Both the position numbers and the translations under genes were made by a program. Below, in pieces: positions 1 to 15,821 of a stretch of DNA of 64,000 bases. The stretch is from assembly GCA_964016885.1 (NCBI GenBank), contig OZ024743.1, positions 194,308,001 to 194,372,000 on the forward strand. The letters are read 5' to 3'. How positions within the stretch are numbered: the first letter of the stretch is position 1; each line of letters starts with the position of its first letter. Source of the DNA: Eledone cirrhosa (lineage: Eukaryota). Below the pieces are notes generated by a model that was given only the letters and a program-made list of their open reading frames with translations, was not told the DNA's origin and did not search any database.

Positions 1-1323
<1,323 letters not shown>

Positions 1324-2263
1324 TTAAATCAAAAAACAAAAACAATAACGAAGAGTGCAGTATAAAAACAATAAACTTTCTTTTCTTGTTTTAGATCACA
1401 TCGTTCTTGTGTATTGGTGAAAAATGTTAAATAGTTGATTCAGTGAAATAGTTTCTAAATCCAAGTCTTAAATTTCTTGTTAGAAATTAATTCATGACAA
1501 ATCAAAGCATTTAGATTGTAATACTATGCAGTATCTGTTAATAGTTATATTTACTGTCTTTGATTGTTCTCTTTCTATAGTTCTCTTTCCATCAGCTTGA
1601 GATCAGTGGTGCATTGAAAAGAATAATCCTTAACTGAAGCAATCAAACGCAACGTAATCAGTGCCGCGAAAATTTAGATAACCAGCGATTCTTAAGCTTC
1701 CTTTTCAAATAACTACATTAGCAAATTAAACAATTTGTATACAGTAAATTATCAATAAAGTAGTTACAGGAGGATGATTTTTAATGGTAAATATTACACA
1801 TAAATCAGAATACTGCATTCTGGTGGATAGTAATTGTCATTGCTATCTGTTGCAATACGACTTATCACATTGTGAATGAAATTCATGGCCCGTTTACTCT
1901 TCGTTTCTATTTCAGTCCATCGTCCATCCCAATCACATTGTCGTTTCTGATAAATGTTCAACATTAAATACCAAGATTTTCCTTAATCTCTTTGCTGTCA
2001 GATAGATTTTAAACTTTTTACTTACGGACATATATTCCTACGTACCCCTCACATTGAGAAAAACAAACTATTGTTTATAAAAAAAACATGTATAGTCTAG
2101 TGAAATGTATATTTCTGGAAATTTGTTTAGTTAATACAGAGTAGATGATGGCATTATTCAAAGAATTCAGCTAATTATATTTATTTTGCAGATTGCAAAC
2201 GGGATGATTAGTAATGAGGACATAGTGGAATTTGTAACATTAAGCTAGGTAAAGTGACCACAT

Positions 2264-2492
<229 letters not shown>

Positions 2493-3708
2493 CTATTTAT
2501 CTATACGTCTTTAGAAACATCTTTCTAATTACATTTGGAAACTATTCTCTAGGCAATAAGACTTTATATTTTTTTTCAACATTCATCAAAACGTATTTCA
2601 ATAAACTTAATTAATTCTAGTTCCTTATGAATGGCAAATGAAGAGAAAAGATGACGCATTAGTTGCTCCGTTTGGATGCAGAGATATTTTGAAGCTTTAT
2701 GATACATGTTGAATTACTATTATTCAAACTATCATTTGCAAAGAAACTCCCTAATTGGAACATTTCATTATATTTAAAATATTTTCTTAATAATATTCCT
2801 TTAGCTTCGCTGTAAATATAGAATTTACAGATATATATACATAAGACCATGTTACACATTCGTGTCACAAATTTTCATCTCATAAATACAAAAGCTCGTA
2901 CATATGTGTCTGAATTTTATATAAGATACACGACTTTCTGGGATACAAAGTTACATAAATCTGTGTCCCAGCATTATCATTTGCAAAGAAACTCCCTAAT
3001 TGAAATATTTCATTATATTTAAAATATTTTCTTAATGATATTCTTTAGCTTCGATGCAAATTTAGAATATATATGAGAACGGGCGATTGAACAAGCACTT
3101 CGAGACTACTATTAGGTGGTAACCTAACCATTACCATGTGAGTCGATATATCGATCTTCAACGTTCAATTGACCCCCTAAAACGATCGTAAAACAATGAG
3201 ATAACTCTCTGCCTACACCTGACTTCTGTTTTTATTGATCAAACACACACACACAGACAGACATACAGACAGACACATACACACACACACATACACTCAC
3301 GCACACACACTCACACACACAGAGACAGACAGAAAGACACACACACTCTCAGACACGCACACATATATATACATAACAACACGTTATACATAGATGGAAC
3401 ATGTTTTCATCTGATAAATACAATAGTTCTTAGATATGTGTCTGAATTTTATATAACTTATAATACTTTCTGCGATAAAAAGTTGCATAATTCTGTGTCC
3501 CAGCATTAACACGCAGCAGAATTGATTAGTTAGCGTTTACAATAGAAATTTCATATTTTTTGTAAACCTGGTAACTATATATAGATATATGTGTTAGCTT
3601 GACGCTGGATAGTTTTTATTGATTCCTGATTGAATTTTGTTTTTAATGGTATTTTGAATTTGAACTACATTCAGTGAATAGAGGTATAAAATGATATGTT
3701 AAATATCG

Positions 3709-5282
<1,574 letters not shown>

Positions 5283-5644
5283 GCGTAACCGATGCATTGA
5301 AGATGTTGGTAGAAAATGCGCTAGTATCTTCTATTATGACCCCTACCAAGTTATTATAACATATGCACAATGGATGAATTCAAAGCATCAAATAAGGAAA
5401 GAATTTATTGAAAAGAAAGTTAAAATATTTCTTGGCGACAATTCAGAAAACCACATTAACGATTTACTGTTAAGTTACATTGAACGATCGTGTTTTGTGC
5501 TACATTCAGTTGTCTATTTATTGCAATACCAAGAAATGAATGAAGCAGACGAGAAAATATTAACATACTTCAGATATATATATACACACACACATTGCGT
5601 GGTCAAATCCTTACATATCTATCTCTATAGCTATTTATCTATCT

Positions 5645-5684
<40 letters not shown>

Positions 5685-5820
5685 ATATGTAAATAGCATC
5701 TGCCTCATACCAATGTAACAGCTTTTTGCAGGCATTCCCCGAATCGAATTTTAAGTTTTCAATTTTTCTATTTTCATTTTCCTATCTTATGTTTGGGTTC
5801 AACGTAATCCTGTTAAGTAA

Positions 5821-5909
5821 TTCTGTGGATAACACCTGATGAGATCGTTCTGATTCATAATTGGATGATGGAGCTGGGCCATCGAAATATTTATAGTGAT
5901 TTCACGGAA
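5821..5909 (+). ncRNA. Type-I hammerhead ribozyme motif (singleton)
   Basis: CAC-CTGATGA-GAT..ATC-GAAA-TATTTA-TA^GTG. Stem I extends as TTCTGTGGA/TTCACGGAA. AATAAA follows. Confidence 0.7.
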
Positions 5910-7002
5910 TAAAAATTCTAAAAGAGAATTTTTCCTGCGGTTGTTGTTTAATACACCCCCTCACACATACATACACACGTGTATATATATACTTTACAAT
6001 TTCTTAAGTTTAAATGCGAAAATGAACAAGTTTAAAGAGTAATGAGTACATATTGTAGTTAAATCTTTAGTGAACAAATTGTTTATGGTTTTCAGCCCAA
6101 CGAAGTTATTCTCGTTTCGCACTAATATATAGATCGTGAATAGCTAACTGTTCTCGTAAATCAATATGTTTGTATTTGTAAGTTAAGCAGCAGGATTATT
6201 TCATGAAATTTCACTGATATTCACGAATACTATGTTCAAGTCATTAAAACTAGTCGAATAGTCGTATATTTAGTCCAGATACCGATCAACTACACTGTTA
6301 GGGCTACAATTTAATCCTAGATATCATTTAATTACTTACTCAATACAACTTTTACAATATAGGGGAGACAATGGTAACCGGATTTAATTTCCCTTGATAT
6401 TTTTATTAGCATTTATGTCAACATTAGGTCTTAATGACACACATTATTTCATTCTGCGAAGCGATTTATATCTAAATTATATCAGAGCTAGTTTCTGCTG
6501 ATTATGTTTTCATGGGTATATTTAATCAAGACTCTTGTTATCAGGAGTAAAATTCAATTAACTAAAAATAAATTAAATACAGTTCATCAATCCAATAATA
6601 ACATAATAATAGCATATATATGGATTGTTGCAGAGTGACAAAGAACATTTTTGCAATACTTATAATAAAGTATATATATATTATAAAGTGAGAAACTTGC
6701 TAAAATAGCTAACAGCAAAATGGAAATGTGTGGAAATGGAGTAAAACATACTAAAAATATACTAATTATGAAGATTATGAAAATTATATAATCATAATGA
6801 ATATGAAATCAATTATAAAAGTAGATATCAGAGGAGAGAATGATAGTTTCATGCAGGAATAGATGCAACAATCAAATCAATAAATATCTATGATCATGGA
6901 TTAGAATCTAATTAAAATTAACTTTAACATCAAATCAAGCATTAATAACCGTAGAAAAATTTAAAGGTGAGGTGAAACATGGGAGTTATGATCACGTATT
7001 AA

Positions 7003-7185
7003 TAATTGTTTCAACTTTTGGCACAAGGCCAGCAATTATCCCAGTGTATTACTGGTGCTTTATTTTATCGACCCCGAAAGGATGAAAGGCAAAGTTAACC
7101 TCGTTGTGATGTGAATTCAGATCGTAAAGGGCCGTAACTCCTTGCTGGAAAGCATGACGTCCGACCCTCTACCGATACTGCCAAT
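7003..7185 (-). mobile_element. tRNA-head SINE (family S1, Nin/Deu-like body)
   Basis: Matches the window consensus GGGCGGTGGATTGGCAGTATCGG (A box)...GAGTTCAAATCCCGCC (B box)...GCCTTTCATCCTTACGGGGTCGATAAAATAAAGTACCAG. Confidence 0.85.
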
Positions 7186-7191
7186 AGAAAA

Positions 7192-7625
7192 GAGGGAGGT
7201 GGATTAGCAGTATCGGTAGAGCGTCCCACAACATGTTTTATGGCATAGGTTACGCCCCTTTACGATCTGAGTTCAAATCCTGCCGATGTTAGCTTTGCTT
7301 TTCATCCTTACGAAGTCGATAAAATACAGTACTAGTAATGCACTGGATCGATTTAATTGACTTTTCCTTCTCCCCAAATTGTTGACCTTGCACCTAAATC
7401 AAAATCTAATAATAACAAATAAGAAGTGTGGCAAACTAACAGAATCAGTAGAGCGCTGGAACAAATGCTCTTTACCTTCTGAGTTTAAATCCTGCCGAGG
7501 TCAACTTTGCCTTTCTGCCTTTCAGGATCGAAAAATAATATATCAGTCATGTCCTGTGGTTAATTTAATTAACTTTTCCCCTTCCCCAAAGTTGCTGGTG
7601 TTGTGCCTAAATTAGATATCAATAT
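7192..7625 (+). mobile_element. Two tandem diverged S1 SINE copies
   Basis: A/B boxes and body motif at ~7192-7415 and ~7420-7625, placed head-to-head with the copy at 7003-7185. Confidence 0.75.
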
Positions 7626-7824
7626 TATTAGCTGTTTTAGGATAAGATATACATGTTAAAGTTAATATATATAAATAAGTGAAGATTAATAAGTATTAGA
7701 TATCACACAGGACATCTACGCATGCACATACAACACGCACACCCACACACACATATATATTTATATATATACATACATTTATATGTATATATATAGTATA
7801 TATTTAAACAATATACATATATCC

Positions 7825-7885
<61 letters not shown>

Positions 7886-8039
7886 CATATATATGAAGGT
7901 CAAGTTTGAGCCATGATACTCTGCAGTGTTTACTATGGAATTGAGTACTCAGTCTCATGATAGTCATTGTAAGGAAGAATATATTCACATATTACAATGA
8001 AGCTCTTGCTCGGAGTTGATTTGTCGATAAGGTAGCATA

Positions 8040-9638
8040 TACTAAGTATGAGCATAGACCAAGGAAAAATAGATCCCGACGCATTATATGGTATAACACA
8101 CCATATAATATGGTGGGCACACCATTAGCTAAGATCTTTCTCTCCCTTATTAAGAAGCATTTCCCCTCAGCTCATAAATATAATAACATTTTTAATAGAA
8201 ATACCATTAAAATATCTTACTCTACGACTCCTAACCTTGCACAAAACATCACTGCTTCAAATTTAGCTAAATTACCTAGCCTAGGAACACGTGCAACCCT
8301 GTAGCTAGGACTAACTCTAATTGTAGGAATCAGGTTGACTGCCCTCTACTCGGGAAATGCCTCCCCAGTAATATTGTCTACAAATGTAAGGTCGAAACAC
8401 GCACTATATAGGGACTATATAGGGTTAACCGCCAATAGATTCAAGCAGCGTCTATACATGCACACCCATTCTTTTCTTAGTCCTTTAAGAAGGTCACTTT
8501 CAGCTTATATCTGTCTAAAAGACAACCACACCCAATATAGGTTACATTGGAAGATCATAGCTTGGGCTAGATCGTATAACGGAAATAAAAGACCATGCGA
8601 TCGTTGCGCCGCTGAAGCCCTGGAAATACTCTACGCCGATGATCACATCTTAAACAAAAATTCTGAGGCAATTTCGGCTTGTAAACATAAATTGCATAAA
8701 ACTTTCCTGTATTACAGCCCCACATTATACCTAAACGGATAGTACGAACAATACGCGGATAATTTACGTCTTGATGTGGTAGCTATGTATATTTTATGTT
8801 TATACCATTACTTATTTATATAGGTAAGTATACCTTACTCGTATGTTTTGTGGAGGTACGTATATATGCTTGTATTTGTTGTAGGTGTATATATTATGTA
8901 TACTGGCATGTGTGTGTATGGTTATGTGTATTTTGTCTTTGTGTATGTATGCGGGTTTGCACGTATGTAAGGTGTGTATATGTGTACTTTGTGTTTTGGT
9001 TGACATACGTTTAGTGAACATATGTGTATTTACCTGTAGGTATGTGTGTGCGTTATATGCGTATTTATGTGTGTATATTTATTATACGTTTATATAATTA
9101 TATGTATACACGCACACAAACACACATACACTTTTTCTTGTGTATTTGCTGTTTACGTTCGTATGTGTGCGGGTACAGGTGTCGCGTGGGTTTTTGTATG
9201 TGTGCGCGTGTTTATGTGTACGTGCTTGTATAGGCCTACCATGGCGGGTGTTTTCGCGTATGCATGTGTATGTATGTACGTATATGGATGCGTGTATGTA
9301 TATATTTAATCATTGTTGATTTCAATAACTTCTGTCATTTTCGTTCTACGAACCACATATATAGATTATTAGTCTACGACATCATTTATACCATAAACGT
9401 GGTTTTGTCTTTGTGTGTAATTGTTCTCACCGCTCCACATAATGACGTATTATCTTCGCTTTTTTCCGTTCATTACCAGGCAACTTCTCCGCGAACCAAA
9501 GTTTCGTCTTCCTGTTTTCCTTCGGCTGCATCGTTTTTCGAAATATTTACTTCTGCGTTCACAGATGGATTATTTTAGCTTCAGAAGATCCCGTTAAGGG
9601 TGAAAGTAACGATTCTTTGCTTAACCTTTAATCTGTTA

Positions 9639-9643
<5 letters not shown>
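8040..9643 (+). mobile_element. 5'-truncated degenerate Penelope-like element (family F): GIY-YIG region, 3' UTR and HHR
   Basis: Frameshifted peptides FPSAHKYNNIFNRNTIKISYS, NCRNQVDCPLLGKCLPSNIVYKCKV and YIGLTANRFKQR match the PLE linker and GIY-YIG domain. The element ends in (TA)n after an HHR motif. Confidence 0.85.
9578..9626 (+). ncRNA. HHR-like motif with CAGAAGA core (family F)
   Basis: GCTT-CAGAAGA-TCCC GTTAA GGGT-GAAA-GTA..TGC-TT^AACC. Other copies: 10218-10275(-), 44651(+), 61614(-), 62065(+). Confidence 0.55.
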
Positions 9644-9717
<74 letters not shown>

Positions 9718-9725
<8 letters not shown>

Positions 9726-10147
9726 GTGAGGTTTTTTTTACAAATTGAAAAATAACCGAGGTGTCCTACACGAGTGAAAGTATAAAGAAAAAGAGATGAA
9801 ATCCAAAATGCAACTGGAGTCTTATTTTTTTTTTTTTTAATATATATATTTATTTGGTTCCATTACCGGTTTTGCAGTTCTTCTGCTTTTCAAAAGTAGA
9901 GTTGAGATGGAGGGTCTGTGGTTTTTCTCACATCTCAGATGTGAGAAAAACCACAGACCCTCCAAATAAATATATATATTTAAAAAAAGCAGAAGAACTG
10001 CGAAACCGGTAAAGGAACCAAATAAATATATATACTAAAAAAAAAAAAATAAGACTCCAGTTGCATTTTCGATTTCATCTCTTTTTCTTTATACTTTCAC
10101 TCGTGTAGGACACCTCGGTTATTTTTCGATTTGTAAAAAACCCTCAC

Positions 10148-10206
<59 letters not shown>

Positions 10207-10590
10207 TAACAGATTAAAGGTTAAGCAAAGAATCGCTACTTTCACCCTTAGCCCCTTAACGGGATCTTCTGAAGCTAAAATAATCCATCTGTGAAAGCAG
10301 AAGTAAATATTTCGAAAAACGATGCAGCCGAAGGAAAACAGGAAGACGAAACTTTGGTTCGCGGAGAAGTTGCCTGGTAATGATCAGAAAAAAGTAGAGT
10401 TGAGATGGAGGGTCTGTGGTTTTTCTCACATCTCAGATGTGAGAAAAACCACAGACCCTCCATCTCAACTCTACTTTTGAAAAGCAGAAGAACTGCGAAA
10501 CCGGTAAAGGAAGCAAATAAATATATATATTTAAAAAAAAAAAAATAAGACTCCAGTTGCATTTTCGATTTCATCTCTTTTTCTTTATAT
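9718..10590. mobile_element. Nested fold-back PLE-like end fragments (families D and F)
   Basis: 9718-9890 is inverted against ~9965-10155. Near-perfect palindromes at 9908-9963 and 10391-10478. 10200-10383 is an inverted copy of 9470-9643. Confidence 0.7.
10474..10509 (+). ncRNA. Minimal HHR with U3-A8 variant core (family D)
   Basis: CTT-TTGAAAA-GCAG AAGAA CTGC-GAAA-CCGG-TA^AAG, with palindromic stem III ACCGGT. Confidence 0.65.
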
Positions 10591-10693
10591 ATATATATAT
10601 ATATATACACAAATAGTAGAAAGGAAAACTATTTTTTCTGTAGAAAATGTTCAAGAGATATTTTTAGTGAAATTTTAAAGCTTTAATTTATTT

Positions 10694-10731
10694 ACAATAC
10701 CGGTTTCAGCATTAAATGCTTTTTCAATTGC
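10694..10731 (-). ncRNA. Minimal HHR with U3-A8 variant core (family E)
   Basis: Minus strand: GCAA-TTGAAAA-AGCAT TTA ATGCT-GAAA-CCGG-TA^TTGT. Confidence 0.68.
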
Positions 10732-11159
10732 GGATATGCAGAATATTCTTAAGTTGCATATATGTACAAATGGTGAAGATAATGATAATAACAAAAAAAA
10801 AGAAAATATAAAGAATAAATAGCTTAATAGATATTTTTAGAAGCACCCCCCGGTCAACTCTAAGATCCCCCAGCCTTTCTAACCAATCCCACCCAAACCT
10901 TGTATCCACTATTCAAAGGGTCCCACATAGCAGTTTGCAGCCACAATCAACCTTCCCATACCTCCTCCCCTTCCTTCTTCTTCTCTCTCCTCCTGCATCT
11001 ACCCTCTTCAGTCACAACAAAGCCATTAGCAGAGAAGGATGGACTGACAAACGTATGTGAAAATTAACTTTTCTTCCCCTCTTTAATTTTCTTTTTTTGT
11101 TATTATCATTATCTTCACCATTTGTACAAATATGCAACTTAAGAATATTCTGCATATCC

Positions 11160-11197
11160 GCAATTGAAAATGCATTTAATGCTGAAACCGGTATTGT
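11160..11197 (+). ncRNA. Minimal HHR with U3-A8 core, second family E copy
   Basis: GCAA-TTGAAAA-TGCAT TTA ATGCT-GAAA-CCGG-TA^TTGT; the 10.1 base is mismatched. Confidence 0.6.
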
Positions 11198-11772
11198 AAA
11201 AAAATTAATGCTTTCAAATTTCACTAAAAATATCTCTTGAACATTTTCTACAGAAAAAAATATTTTTCCTTTCTACTATTTATATATATATATATTCTTC
11301 CTTACGATGACTATCATGAGACTGAGTACACAATTCCATAGTAAAAACTGCAGAATATTGCTCAAACTTGTCCTTCATATATATATATATATGTATATAT
11401 ATATGCACACACATATATATATGGATATATGTATATATATTTTAAACATATACTATATATACATATAAATGTATGCATATATATAAATATGTGTGTATGT
11501 GTGTGTCCGTGTTGTATGTGAATGTGTAGACGCGAATATGTGTGCTGTTTGATATCTAATACTTATTAATCTTCACTTCTTTATATATATTAAGTTTGTA
11601 ATTGTAAGTAAATTAATGCTTTCAAATTTCACTAAAAATATCTCTTCAACATTTTCTACAGAAAAAATAATTTTCCATTCTACTATTTGTTTTTATATAT
11701 ATATATATCAACTCGTGTGTTACCTTTCTACATTCGATATATATATATATAGTTATATATATATATATATAA

Positions 11773-12120
11773 TATATGAGATCAAAAGATGGTTAAATGA
11801 GTTCCATGTATTTTATTATGCGCATTTCAAAAACAAATATCATCATGCAATAACATTTGTGTTTTCATCAGATAAAATAGGAAGACATGATATGAAGGTT
11901 AAAAACACTTGTGGATAGTGCAGTTTTAAATCAACATATTGATTTAAAACATATGTTGATTTAAAACTCCACTATCCACAAGTGTTTTTAACCTTCATAT
12001 CATGTCCTCCTATTTTATCTGATGAAAACACAAATGTTATTGGATGATGATATTTGTTTTTGAAATGCGCATAATAATATACATGGAACTCATTTAACCA
12101 TCTGTTGATCTTATATATTA
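11773..12120. mobile_element. Fold-back PLE-like end (family C variant) with HHRs at 11809-11879(-) and 12011-12080(+)
   Basis: ~170 bp inverted arms. Motif TATTTTAT-CTGATGA-AAACACAAAT..ATTTGTTTTT-GAAA-TGCGCA-TA^ATAA. Confidence 0.7.
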
Positions 12121-12307
12121 TGTATACTCCAGTCCTACAAACTGTAGAGTGCTTCTTATCCGATATCTGCATTGCTTTATTGTACTACAATAAAACTCAC
12201 CTCCTACATATATATATATGAAAAAAAAAAAAAAAAAAAAAATTTACTCTGCCATGTATTGAGTACCTTACTTACTGTGGTTATCCCCGACTCAACCCGG
12301 GACCTAC

Positions 12308-12352
<45 letters not shown>

Positions 12353-12359
12353 AAATTTC

Positions 12360-12862
12360 TACTTAAATTGTTGGGATACAACAAGCAAATATTTTTATAA
12401 CTGATATAAAGCACTCAACAAGTATTTGGAGTAAACATACGATATTAACAAATGGAAACTATATTTATAAAACCATATTTATTTTATTATGCATATTTCA
12501 AGGACACCACGTTAAATTATGGTGTGCTTTCATCAGACAAAATACAATATAGATCAGTTTTATAAATAAATATTGACATACCCTTAAAAAAATGCAACCA
12601 TTACTGTTGGAAGCTCCCGGATAGTGCAGTTGTTTACTTATATTATTATTAGTATTGGATATTTTTATTTTTAAAATAAGTCGTTGGGTTACAGAGAAAG
12701 AAAAAGAAGGAGAGAGAGAAAAAGAGAGAAAGAAAGAAACAAGAGAGAAAAGAGATTTTGTCTGATGAAAGCACACTATAATTTAACGTGGTGTCCTTGA
12801 AATATGTATAATAAAATAAATATGGTTTTATAAATATAGTTTCCATTTGTTAATATCGTATA
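12360..12862. mobile_element. Inverted PLE-like ends (family C) with HHRs at 12480-12544(-) and 12755-12817(+)
   Basis: TTTTGT-CTGATGA-AAGCACAC..GTGTCCTT-GAAA-TATGYA-TA^ATAAAA in both arms. Same family as 26.9, 28.8 and 36.2-36.6 kb. Confidence 0.72.
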
Positions 12863-13729
12863 TATATACATATATATATATTTTTTGCTTTATGTGTATG
12901 AATTCACATGACAGTTTCGATTATATTTCAAATCGCTACTATTATAATCCCGAAAACGTTTTGATCTAATTGTTATAGGAAAGGAAAAAGAACTCAAATA
13001 TCAATAACTCCATGATTGAAAAAATAATGAGGAACATTGTTTGTTCCTATTTGTATTCTGTCTCAGAATTTAGATTTCTAGTAAACACTAATTGCTACAT
13101 AATAATGAAGGCAATATCCAGTTCATTGACTTTGAGAAATAGGAAACAATTTCAATTCTGGACTTCTTTAAAATAATTGGCAAAATATGGAAAATCTACT
13201 GCATATGATTTTTCATAATAGTTGTTTGTAATAAATAATGTAGAATAAACAATATACACTATTGCGCATTCATACTTTATTCTGCGTTCAAAACCACGCA
13301 CGTCTCTTTCTTGTTTCCAGAGGGAATAATCATTCAATATGCAGCTAGAACCTTTTAAATTTACTTGAAACACCGAAAGAGTCCGAAAATTGCAAGAGCG
13401 AAAGTGTCTGAGAGGCTCCATATGTTGTCACACACTACTATACATATAATAGCCAAAGTTCCTCTGACATAGAGTTGATTTGTATTGGGTGTTAGTGTTC
13501 TATGTGTGCGTGTTGTGTATTTATGTATTTGGATATATATGGCGTGTATCTGGTTGTTTAGTTTAATTGAAATGTTTTATAATTTTCATTAGTTTCTATA
13601 TTTGGAAAATATAGGAGAATTGTTGGAGGAATTTATTCATAGTCGTTATTAAATTTGTTATGTATGCGTTGTATATTTTGCGACTTGGTGTTGCTTATTG
13701 AGTTTATTGTGTTGTTTATTGGGATATTT

Positions 13730-14372
13730 GATATATATATAATATAAAAGAATAAACACAGTAAGTTGTGTGTTTAGGATTACCCTTGTAATTCTAAACA
13801 CACAATTTACTGAGTTTATTCCTTTATATATATTATAAAATCCTCAGTATTTTTACTTTGAGCTTAATTGTTGCAGGGTATTATTATGAGTGTATAACTC
13901 TACATTTTATTTGAATTTCGGCTCCTGGATTTGTGAGCTAACAAGTTGGGTGAATTTAGTCTATTATTTCTAGCCGTTTTACAATCCACCCACGCCACTT
14001 GAAACGACGAACACACGAGGTATTTAGTTTCCTCGTGTTCATTTAGTTTAGCTACTCTCATAGATGTTTGTTGCATATAAACTCATCTCCCGCTGCGGAC
14101 TGCCTTCGGGTTATTTGTTACAACCACAACTTTTCAGGGCGAAACAGATTAATCTCTAATCTGTCCGGGAGATAATAATTATTGAAACGGTCAGTACATT
14201 TTATTTTTATCTTGTATTTTTCGTTTGATTGAGAGTTTATATGCTTCAAACCAACGTGGTCTTGTTACCCTTGTAATTCTAAACACACAATTTACTGTGT
14301 TTATTCCTTTATATATATTATAAAAGGCAGCGTATTATTATGAGTGTATACATCTACATTTTATTTGAATAT
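13730..14372 (+). mobile_element. Short non-autonomous PLE/retrozyme-like unit with direct repeats and an inverted 5' piece
   Basis: Direct repeats start at 13780 and 14265 (period 485). 13730-13778 is inverted. Has an internal HHR-like motif and (TA)n flanks. Confidence 0.6.
14085..14173 (+). ncRNA. HHR-like motif with variant core CTGCGGA
   Basis: ATCTCCCG-CTGCGGA-CT-GCCTT..AGGGC-GAAA-CAGATTA ATCTC TAATCTG-TC^CGGGAGAT. Stems I and III are each a perfect 8 bp. Confidence 0.62.
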
Positions 14373-14393
14373 ATATATATATATATATATATA

Positions 14394-14803
14394 TTTTGTT
14401 TTTGAATTTGTTTAGCAAGATTCTTTATCTGAAAACGTGTGTTGAAAAAGATATTGTTATGCTTTGGGAGGGTCATATTGCCAATAAGAAACACACGCAC
14501 CAGTTGCGTTCACTCAATTTATTATAAATTTAAGAATTTATCACAAAAACAAGATGGCGTAGGATAGAACAAAGGAGAGGCACAAAAACAAAACAAGAGT
14601 CCCCAGTCACTGAAGAGGTCACAGAATGTGTGACGAAAGAATTTTGACAATATATTAACAACCGCCCGGTTATGGAACCAACCAACCAACCGAAAATGTA
14701 TAAATTCTTAAATTTATGAATTTAATTTATAATAAATTGGAGTGAAACAGCTTGTGCGTGTGTTTCTTATTGGCAACATGACCCTCCCAAAGTATAACAA
14801 TAT
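14394..14803. mobile_element. Non-autonomous pLTR-only copy of the main PLE (family A)
   Basis: Inverted tail (14394-14540) plus pLTR (14552-14803), homologous to 20335-20645. HHR at 14606-14648(+) with CTGAAGA core. Confidence 0.85.
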
Positions 14804-15007
14804 ACATATACTTTTATTGTTTGACACGAATTACTTGGTCGTTTCTTTGGCTGTGTGGATGTTTGTTTAACCATCGTCTCAGTGTGTTTGGCCTTTAACG
14901 TAGGTTGTAGTTCTGGTTCATCTGAATCATCGAGCGCTTGCCACACATCTCAGAAGTTGTTTTTCGTTAATTCCTAAGCCGAAATACGATTCTCGCTAAC
15001 TTATATT

Positions 15008-15045
<38 letters not shown>

Positions 15046-15052
<7 letters not shown>

Positions 15053-15620
15053 ATGCTTTGGGAGGGTCATGTTATGTTGCCAATAAGAAACACACGCACC
15101 AGTTGCTTTCACTCCAATTATTATAAATTAAATTTATAAATTTAAGAATTTATAAATTTCCGGTTGGTTGGTTGGTTCCATAACCGGGCGGTTGTTCATA
15201 TATTGTCAAAGTTCTTTCGTCACACATTCTGTGACCTCTTCAGTGACTGGGGATTTGTTTCTTTGTTTTGTGCCTCTCCTTTGTTATGTCCTACGCCATC
15301 TTGTTTTTGTGTGATGGCGTAGGACAAAACAAAGGAGAGGCACAAAACAAAGAGAAGAATCCCCAGTCACTTAAGAGGTCACAGAATGTGTGACGAAAGA
15401 ACTTTGACAATATATGAACAACCGTCCGGTTATGGAACCAACCAACCAACCGGAAATTTATAAATTCTTAAATTTATAAATTTAATTTATAATAAATTGT
15501 AGTGAAAGCAACTGGTGCTTGTGTTTCTTATTGGCAACATGACCCTCCCAAAGCATAACAATATCGGTTTCAACACACGTTTTCAGTTAAAGAATCTTGC
15601 TAAACAAATTCAGAAACGAT
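15046..15620. mobile_element. Fold-back pLTR-only copy of family A
   Basis: 15046-15310 is inverted against 15312-15562, followed by the tail. HHRs at 15205-15247(-) (intact core) and 15366-15408(+) (CTTAAGA, mutated). Confidence 0.85.
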
Positions 15621-15749
15621 ATATATATATATATGGCACCATGAATAGACCTGTTTTTTTCTCTAAACATTTTTTTCACGTTTCCTCCCTGCTCGTCCCT
15701 TCAATCTTTTTATTTCTTTTTCAATTTCCCACGACGAAAGTCTAGCATC

Positions 15750-15821
<72 letters not shown>

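Larger units (their letters stand above)
10610..11282. mobile_element. Inverted pair of PLE-like ends (family E)
   Basis: ~10610-10805 is inverted against ~11088-11282. Each arm carries an HHR motif, and the pair is flanked by (TA)n. Confidence 0.65.
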
